Assembly (NCBI GenBank): GCA_013139985.1
Contig: WSZT01000246.1
Coordinates: 1-32,000 of the forward strand
Length of the DNA: 32,000 nt
Direction: 5' to 3'
DNA from: Candidatus Methanophagales archaeon
GTDB lineage: Archaea; Halobacteriota; Syntropharchaeia; Alkanophagales; Methanospirareceae
Made by a program: the position numbers and the translations under genes. Within the stretch, counting starts at the first letter, position 1, and every line of letters starts with the position of its first letter. Under the pieces are notes generated by a model that was not told the origin of the DNA, did not search any database, and saw only the letters and a program-made list of their open reading frames with translations. This document shows positions 26,660-32,000 of this stretch, in pieces.

Positions 26660-26875
26660 ATTTATGTCATAACCTCCCTTCCCCCTTCTTTCGGATATTT
26701 TCTCTTCATTTTCTCTTTTTTAAATATTATGCACACGACAAGTTTATAAATACCAGAGACATATCCTCAATTGTTGCAATCGAAGAGAGATGAACAAGAT
26801 TCATTTTCGCCTTAGCTGTGAGAAATCATAAATCCTAAACACCAAATTCTAATATCTAAACCAGAAATTCAAAAT

Positions 26876-27174
26876 TTGCGACTAATCTTATCGGGATTCT
26901 TCGCTGGCTCTGAAACTGCACTGATTAGGATAGGGTGGATAAAAGCATGATCTTTGCGTGAAAAGGGCGTGGAAGGAGCTAAGACCGTCCAGAAGCTGGT
27001 GGATGATCCCAAAGCTTTGCTCACAACGATAAATATTTGGAATAATATAGTAAAGTCCCTATTGCTATTGTCGTGGACAAAGAAGGGATAACACATGGTT
27101 TGGTTAGCTCAAAGGACCTTTCAGAGGGAACAGTATGGGCTATAAATGATGAATACAACTATAATACACCATGA
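26876..27174 (+). pseudogene. remnant of a DUF21(CNNM)-CBS hemolysin/CorC-like gene
   Basis: LRLILSGFFAGSETALIRIGWIKA*SLREKGVEGAKTVQKLVDDPKALLTTINIWNNIV is a DUF21 core with an in-frame TGA at 26948. A frame change at about 27058 leads to PIAIVVDKEGITHGLVSSKDLSEG, the end of a CBS domain. Most of the gene is deleted. Confidence 0.55.
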
Positions 27175-27404
27175 GAAAAATTAAAGGCATGGAAAAATTA
27201 TAAGGGCTCTGATTAGAGCATGTAGTAAGCAAATTACAAACTCACTTCTTATACCTCATCTTCTTCCGCCTTTTCTTCAACTTATGCTTTCGCATCTTTG
27301 CTACCTTTCTCTTCTTTCCGCAGGGAATTTGTAATCACCACCTTTCATATCTTTTACTCATACCTTTTTAATTAGATAAATATAAATGTTAGGGTGGAGA
27401 TGAG

Positions 27405-27998
27405 ATGGGTAGAATAGAGCGAGCACCGGGTTGGATACTGAAATACAAGGGAAGGATAGAGCAAGGGGCCGTAACGGTGGAGGCTATTTTAGAGGAGGAG
27501 AACAAGCTAAGGGCAGAGCCAATAAAGATATCATCGGTGACGAGAGCGATAAATGCGATGGGCTGCCCAATCACAGGACTACGAAGAGAGAAACAGGTTG
27601 GCGTAGATAGAACGAAAGCGGACGGAGAAGCGGGGCGATCAATTGAAAAGGGATCTGAGGGAATAGTAGGCGGACCGGATTGGCTGCAGAAATACCGTGA
27701 ACGGATAGAGAAAAAAGCGATAACGGTGGAAGACATTTTAGAGGAAGAGAACAAGCTAAGAGAACAGCCGATAAAACTGTCAACCGTGACGAGAGCGGTA
27801 AATACAATGGGTTATCCAATTACTGAGTTGCGAAGGGGGAAGAAATCAGAACAAGGGGCAGCAGTAGGTGGCGGGGAGAAGAGCGAGGGCGAAGCGATAA
27901 AAACGAGATCTGAGCGAACAGGGAGTGGGCCAGGGTGGCTGCAGAAATACCGTGAACGGATAGAGAACGGTACGATAATGGTGGAGGGCATTTTATAG
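27405..27998 (+). CDS. tandem-repeat protein, modules 1-3a, ending at an in-frame TAG
   Basis: GGTGGA lies 6 nt upstream of the ATG. The repeated module is GW(I/L)(L/Q)KY..RIE....V(E)(A/D/G)ILEEENK(L/I)R.(E/Q)PIK(I/L)S(S/T)VTRA(I/V)N(A/T)MG(C/Y)PI..LR. TAG at 27996-27998. Confidence 0.6.
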   Translation: MGRIERAPGWILKYKGRIEQGAVTVEAILEEENKLRAEPIKISSVTRAINAMGCPITGLRREKQVGVDRTKADGEAGRSIEKGSEGIVGGPDWLQKYRERIEKKAITVEDILEEENKLREQPIKLSTVTRAVNTMGYPITELRRGKKSEQGAAVGGGEKSEGEAIKTRSERTGSGPGWLQKYRERIENGTIMVEGIL

Positions 27999-28331
27999 GA
28001 AGAAAACAAAATAAGGGGCGAGCCGATAAAGATCTCTTCGGTGACGAGAGCGGTAAATGCAATGGGTTATCCAATTGTTGGCTTGCGAAGGGGAGTAAAA
28101 GCGGAAGCTGAAGCGAAAGCTAAAAAGTCCTTTAAACAGGGCGAAGAGCCTGGGAAGATGGAGAAAGGGCCAGGGTGGCTGCAGAAATACCGTGAACGGA
28201 TAGAGAACGGTACGATAATGGTGGAGGGCATTTTAGAGGAAGAAAACAAAATAAGGGGCGAGCCGATAAAGATCTCTTCGGTGACGAGAGCGGTAAATGC
28301 AATGGGTTATCCAATTGTTGGCTTGCGAAAA
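27426..28331 (+). repeat. four tandem coding modules (27426-27587, 27675-27836, 27930-28091, 28170-28331), periods 249/255/240 bp
   Basis: 27927-28089 equals 28167-28329 (163 bp) apart from T27996 versus G28236. Modules 1 and 2 are more diverged. Confidence 0.9.
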
Positions 28332-28571
28332 GAGCGGAAGGGCGAAGTTAAAAAATCGGAAAAGTCAAAGAAGTTAGCTGGTACCATAGAACCTCAATAT
28401 TTTGGTATTGACAAAATATCGGAAGAGACGGAGAAGCGATTTATATCAATCAAGAAGAGCTGGGAGGAAGAGTTAGGTAAATCCTTGAATAACGACTATT
28501 TTGTAAATGTACTCATTGCATTAGCAAAGCTCGTTGAGTATGGGAAAACACTTACGCCAGTGGTAAGCTAA
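28041..28571 (+). CDS. same-frame continuation of the repeat protein (module 3b, module 4, unique C-terminal domain)
   Basis: Frame 3 is identical on both sides of the TAG. The listed GTG start lies inside module 3, so an independent start is unlikely. Confidence 0.4.
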   Translation: MTRAVNAMGYPIVGLRRGVKAEAEAKAKKSFKQGEEPGKMEKGPGWLQKYRERIENGTIMVEGILEEENKIRGEPIKISSVTRAVNAMGYPIVGLRKERKGEVKKSEKSKKLAGTIEPQYFGIDKISEETEKRFISIKKSWEEELGKSLNNDYFVNVLIALAKLVEYGKTLTPVVS

Positions 28572-28601
28572 GCGAAAATAAAGTAAAATAAAGTAAAGGA
28601 A

Positions 28602-29486
28602 ATGAAGATAATGGTGGCAGAGTATGCCGTTGGTAAAGGTGGGGGCAAATTAGTAGCGGAAGGAAAAGCGATGCTAACAACGCTAAAAAATGGCTTTTAT
28701 GAGTTAGGACATGAAGTTATCTATCCTGAGGCCGTAACTGATTTCGGAGTGGCAGTGGATAAGCTATCAAAGGAAAGTGACGCAGGCGTCGTTATCGCCC
28801 CCGACGATATGCTATGCGAGTTTACAAAGCTCCTAGAATCGAATACTGTCAATTTGGGCTGCTCTTCGGATTCTGTTAAAATCTGTGCCGACAAGAAGCA
28901 GACAATAAAGGTATTAAGCGAGGGGGGGATACAGGTGCCGAGAATTGTGTCAAAGGAAGAGGTGGCGAGTGAGCAGAGATACGTGAAGAAGCCGAGATAT
29001 GGGTGTGCATCGGAAAACGTCTTCATACAGAAGGGCAAAGATATATGCCCCACGCCAGACCATATTATAACGGAATTTATAGATGGTGAGGATATAAGCA
29101 GCAGTGTAATAATCGGTAAATTTTCGGTGCTGCCTCTGACGATAAACAAGCAATTTATAAGAGTTGATGGCGAAAGGCTACGATATGGTGGGGGATTAGT
29201 GCCTTATTCCGTAGAGCAAGAAGCCGAGAGCGAGATAATGCGCATGAGTGAGAAGGTGGTAACCCTGCTTCACTGTGAGGGCTATGTGGGAATAGATTTC
29301 ATATTGGGTGATGATGGGAGTGCCCATGTGGTAGAGGTAAATCCTAGACCTACAACATCCATTGTAGGTATAGCGAAAGTATTAAATTATAACGTAGCCG
29401 ATTTGATTTTAAGAGCGAAATTTGGATCTTTACCTATGCCCAATGAAGTTAAAACCGAAGGATCGTTTATCTTTGAACTCTCTTAG
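28602..29486 (+). CDS. mfnD: ATP-grasp tyramine--L-glutamate ligase (methanofuran biosynthesis), MfnD-like
   Basis: IAPDD...NLGCSSDSVKICADKKQT, EFIDGEDISSSVI, GYVGIDFIL....HVVEVNPRPTTS. This is the same pattern I recall for MJ0815. Confidence 0.7.
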   Translation: MKIMVAEYAVGKGGGKLVAEGKAMLTTLKNGFYELGHEVIYPEAVTDFGVAVDKLSKESDAGVVIAPDDMLCEFTKLLESNTVNLGCSSDSVKICADKKQTIKVLSEGGIQVPRIVSKEEVASEQRYVKKPRYGCASENVFIQKGKDICPTPDHIITEFIDGEDISSSVIIGKFSVLPLTINKQFIRVDGERLRYGGGLVPYSVEQEAESEIMRMSEKVVTLLHCEGYVGIDFILGDDGSAHVVEVNPRPTTSIVGIAKVLNYNVADLILRAKFGSLPMPNEVKTEGSFIFELS

Positions 29487-29546
29487 TGTCATTACCATTA
29501 ATCAAAGAAACTTTAAAAACTAATGCTTTTTAGGTAGGGTGAAAAG

Positions 29547-29978
29547 ATGCATAAAAAACGAATGATTGCAAGCATAGCGAAAGATGTCCTGGATCTTATC
29601 ATGGAAGTAAGCAAATATAATCATCCGAAAGAGTTTATCGGGCTGTTGTGCGCTGAGGATGACCTCATAACCGACGTTTTATTCCTCCCCGGCACTATTT
29701 CATCCGGTGAGAATGCAATTATACGATTGGATATGCTACCAATGGGTCTTAGCTACATAGGGTCTGTTCATAGTCATCCGCACCTGACAGTTATGAAACC
29801 GTCAGAACAAGATCTTTTTATGTTCTCTAAGACAGGAGACTGTCATATTATCTCTTTTTACCCATACGAAGAGCACAGTTGGAGATGTTATAATTCGAGG
29901 GGGGAGGGGAGAGAACTAGAAATAGTGGAGCGAGATACAAACGAGTTAGAAGTGGGCGAAGAATGGTACGAATTTTAG
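29547..29978 (+). CDS. JAB/MPN (JAMM) metalloprotease-family protein
   Basis: EFIGLL..., GSVHSHPHLTVMKPSEQD (the HxHx7Sx2D JAMM motif). Confidence 0.75.
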   Translation: MHKKRMIASIAKDVLDLIMEVSKYNHPKEFIGLLCAEDDLITDVLFLPGTISSGENAIIRLDMLPMGLSYIGSVHSHPHLTVMKPSEQDLFMFSKTGDCHIISFYPYEEHSWRCYNSRGEGRELEIVERDTNELEVGEEWYEF

Positions 29979-30412
29979 CAACAGGGACATTTGAACTACT
30001 CCATCCAGGGCATTTACTCTATTTGGAGGAAGCGAAGAAGTTAGGAGATGAGCTTTTTGTAATCGTTGGAAGAGATGTAAACGTGAGAAAGCGAAAAAGA
30101 ATGCCGATTATATCTGAGCAACAGCGGTTGAAGATGGTATCGGCTTTAAAGGTGGTAGATAAAGCGATGTTGGGTAGCGAAGAAGATATGTATGAACCTT
30201 TATATAGTATAAAACCGGACATAATAGCAATAGGATATGACCAGGGTTTTGATGAAGAGTCGCTGGAAAGGGGGCTTAGGGAAAGGGGATTCAACTCGAA
30301 AGTTATCCGCATAAAAGCGCATGATTCTAATGCCTTCTGTAAGGTTGAAGCGATAATAAAGCATATATCAAAATTGGTAGAGGTAGAAAAATGGAAGAAG
30401 AACGTGGATTGA
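29963..30412 (+). CDS. ribL: archaeal FAD synthase RibL (nucleotidyltransferase family)
   Basis: ILATGTFELLHPGHLLYLEEAKKLGDELFVIVGRD. Confidence 0.8.
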   Translation: MVRILATGTFELLHPGHLLYLEEAKKLGDELFVIVGRDVNVRKRKRMPIISEQQRLKMVSALKVVDKAMLGSEEDMYEPLYSIKPDIIAIGYDQGFDEESLERGLRERGFNSKVIRIKAHDSNAFCKVEAIIKHISKLVEVEKWKKNVD

Positions 30413-30813
30413 CTCGAATAGGGGTATCACTGCCATCCAATCTGTTGAATAAGTTTGACAAGATAATTAGAGGGCGAGGATATTCCTCGAGGTCTGAAGG
30501 GATAAGAGATTCGATTAGGGCATATATAATAGAATATGAGTGGATGGAGCGCGAATCAGGAGAAGAGATAGGAACCATAACCTATCTCTACGACCATAGT
30601 CAAAGAGGCTTGGGTGATGAACTAACGAAGGTGCAGCATCATTACATAGGTCTGATAAGAACATCGACTCACATCCATTTGGACGAAGAGAATTGCTTTG
30701 AAATCGTAGTGATGAAAGGGGATGCGAAGAAGATAAAGACGTTAGCGGAAGATATAATGAGTCTTCGTGGGGTAAAACATGTAAAGCTGACGACAACACA
30801 TGGGGGAATATAA
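30391..30813 (+). CDS. nikR: NikR-family ribbon-helix-helix nickel-responsive regulator
   Basis: RIGVSLPSNLLNKFDKII..RGYSSRSEGIRDSIR, followed by an ACT-like domain with His residues (HHY, HIH). Confidence 0.8.
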   Translation: MEEERGLTRIGVSLPSNLLNKFDKIIRGRGYSSRSEGIRDSIRAYIIEYEWMERESGEEIGTITYLYDHSQRGLGDELTKVQHHYIGLIRTSTHIHLDEENCFEIVVMKGDAKKIKTLAEDIMSLRGVKHVKLTTTHGGI

Positions 30814-30816
30814 GTA

Positions 30817-31449
30817 ATGGATATAATGGATCAGGTAAAGAAGGGAACAACTACCATCGGCTTGATATGTGGTGAAGGTGTAGTATTGGCGAGTGAGAAG
30901 CGTGCGACAATGGGCTCTTTTATTGCTTCTAAAACAGCAAAGAAGATATATCTGGTGGACGACCGCATAGCTATGACAACAGCGGGGATAGTGGGCGATG
31001 CGCAGGCACTGGTTAGGATAATGTCGGTGGAATTGCAGCTTTATAAGATAAGGCGAAATGAACCTATGACAGTAAGAGGAATCTCAACGCTATTATCCAA
31101 TGTGCTGAATGGGCAGAGGTACTATCCGTATATTGTACAACTCCTTATAGGCGGTATAGACAGAGACGGAGCGCACTTATACACATTAGATCCGTTTGGT
31201 GGTAATACGGAGGAGAGTGAAATTGCAGCTACTGGCTCAGGTTCTCCTATTGCATACGGTGTGCTTGAAAATAAATATACGAAGGATATCTCATTGGAGA
31301 AAGGGACAGCGCTTGCGATACAGGCACTGTACTCCGCGATAAAGAGAGATAGCGCCTCGGGTGAGGCGATAGAAGTGGTGACAATAACAAAGGATAGGTA
31401 TGAGTCGTTAGGCGAAGAAAAGATAAAGGAATTAAGGACGTCTTCGTAA
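30817..31449 (+). CDS. psmB: proteasome beta subunit
   Basis: A propeptide followed by the GTTTIGL catalytic Thr. 210 aa. Confidence 0.9.
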   Translation: MDIMDQVKKGTTTIGLICGEGVVLASEKRATMGSFIASKTAKKIYLVDDRIAMTTAGIVGDAQALVRIMSVELQLYKIRRNEPMTVRGISTLLSNVLNGQRYYPYIVQLLIGGIDRDGAHLYTLDPFGGNTEESEIAATGSGSPIAYGVLENKYTKDISLEKGTALAIQALYSAIKRDSASGEAIEVVTITKDRYESLGEEKIKELRTSS

Positions 31450-31485
31450 TCCAAGTTTTGCTCTTGGAGCTTTTATTATTTTATT
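31450..31485 (+). terminator. hairpin plus T-rich tail after psmB
   Basis: TCCAAG (31450-31455) pairs with CTTGGA (31463-31468), followed by gcttttattattttatt. Confidence 0.4.
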
Positions 31486-31560
31486 AGGTCAAGAGGCTAT
31501 AGGAGCTGAAGGTAGAGTATCGTTCTAAGCTATGGAATTAAGATAGAGATAGGGATAGCA

Positions 31561-32000
31561 ATGTCAGCAGAAGGAAAGCTTTCAGAATTAAAGAAACGAA
31601 TAAGAGAGATATTACAGGATGACGTGAGTATTTCCGGAGTGGAATTTGAGGGACCGGAACTCGTCATATACACAGAGGACACGCTGAAATTCGTTGATGA
31701 TGGCGCCATGGTTAGGACATTGGCGAAGGAGCTGAAGAAAAGGATTTCCGTTAGACCAAGTAGTAACATATTAATGGAGCAGGAGAAGGCATCTAAGGTT
31801 ATTTACGATATTATACCCGAGGAAGGTGGTATAAAGGATATTTATTTTGATATGGACAAGGCAGAGGTGATAATAGAAGCAGAAAAGCCAGGGTTGGTGA
31901 TAGGCACTCATGGGGCAACACTTAGAGAAGTCGCAAAGGTGATTGGATGGCGCCCTAATGTTATCAGAGCACCACCTATACAATCTACTGTAATAAAAAA
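31561..32000 (+). CDS. fttA: aCPSF1/FttA beta-CASP ribonuclease, N-terminal KH-domain part (runs off the window)
   Basis: Not in the ORF track because there is no stop in the window. ATG at 31561. MSAEGKLSELKKRIREILQDDVSISGVEFEGPELVIYTED...AEVIIEAEKPGLVIGTHGATLREVAKVIGWRPNVIRAPPI matches the aCPSF1 N-terminus. Confidence 0.85.
   Translation, partial: MSAEGKLSELKKRIREILQDDVSISGVEFEGPELVIYTEDTLKFVDDGAMVRTLAKELKKRISVRPSSNILMEQEKASKVIYDIIPEEGGIKDIYFDMDKAEVIIEAEKPGLVIGTHGATLREVAKVIGWRPNVIRAPPIQSTVIK

Noticed and set aside
27996-27998. In-frame TAG in the repeat protein as a pyrrolysine codon
   Set aside because: TAG serves as the ordinary stop of at least four other genes in this window (18530, 19319, 29484, 29976). 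The paralogous codon in module 4 is GAG within a conserved ILEEENK motif. No pyl genes or methylamine methyltransferases are visible. A nonsense change or a base error is the simpler explanation.
27927-28329. Near-perfect 163-bp repeats as a CRISPR-like or non-coding array
   Set aside because: The repeats are in frame within a coding sequence, are 240 bp apart, and belong to a four-member protein-module series. There is no short repeat/spacer architecture and there are no cas genes.
28572-28601. Tandem AAAATAAAGT x2.5 between the repeat gene and mfnD
   Set aside because: It is very short and AT-rich, and is most simply promoter/TATA-like spacer sequence. There is nothing further to support a function.
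31530-31983. Minus-strand ORFs 31530-31769 and 31771-31983
   Set aside because: They are antisense to the clearly recognisable aCPSF1/FttA N-terminal coding region, which is open to the end of the window.

Overview
The window looks like a chromosomal segment from a euryarchaeon of the methanogen/ANME (Methanosarcinales-like) type. This is inferred from archaeal and methanogen hallmark genes: aIF5A, proteasome beta subunit, aCPSF1/FttA, two PurP paralogs, RibL, MfnD, AfpA, Isf, an MJ0100-type COG1900+CBS homocysteine gene, and a PGF-CTERM sorting signal. The housekeeping blocks appear intact (0.1-7.6 kb, 14.1-20.4 kb, 23.9-26.7 kb, 28.6-32.0 kb). Between them sit three accessory or decaying regions. 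(1) At 7.6-14.0 kb there is a divergently arranged cassette: a Cys-tailed Lrp/AsnC regulator, class-III-like hcp, an exported HAO-like octahaem cytochrome, and a DUF2249-CMD fusion. It is bracketed by 96-bp direct repeats and followed by a run of gene fragments (sulfite-reductase-like C-terminus, internally deleted DUF166, ABC permease fragment, frameshifted hsp20). The hao-like gene has an in-frame TAA and its PGF-CTERM anchor is in another frame. (2) At 20.4-23.7 kb lie two divergent secreted proteins; one can only be reconstructed across three reading frames. (3) At 26.7-28.6 kb lie a DUF21/CBS gene remnant, a possible eL41-like micro-ORF, and the most unusual object here: a protein made of four ~80-codon tandem modules that I cannot assign to a family. 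Its last two modules are identical over 163 bp except for one G-to-T change that creates an in-frame TAG. All four frameshifts I found are equivalent to the loss of one base, so assembly error must be excluded before calling them pseudogenes. I saw no tRNA, rRNA, CRISPR array or intact mobile element. All family assignments come from reading motifs by eye; no searches were run.
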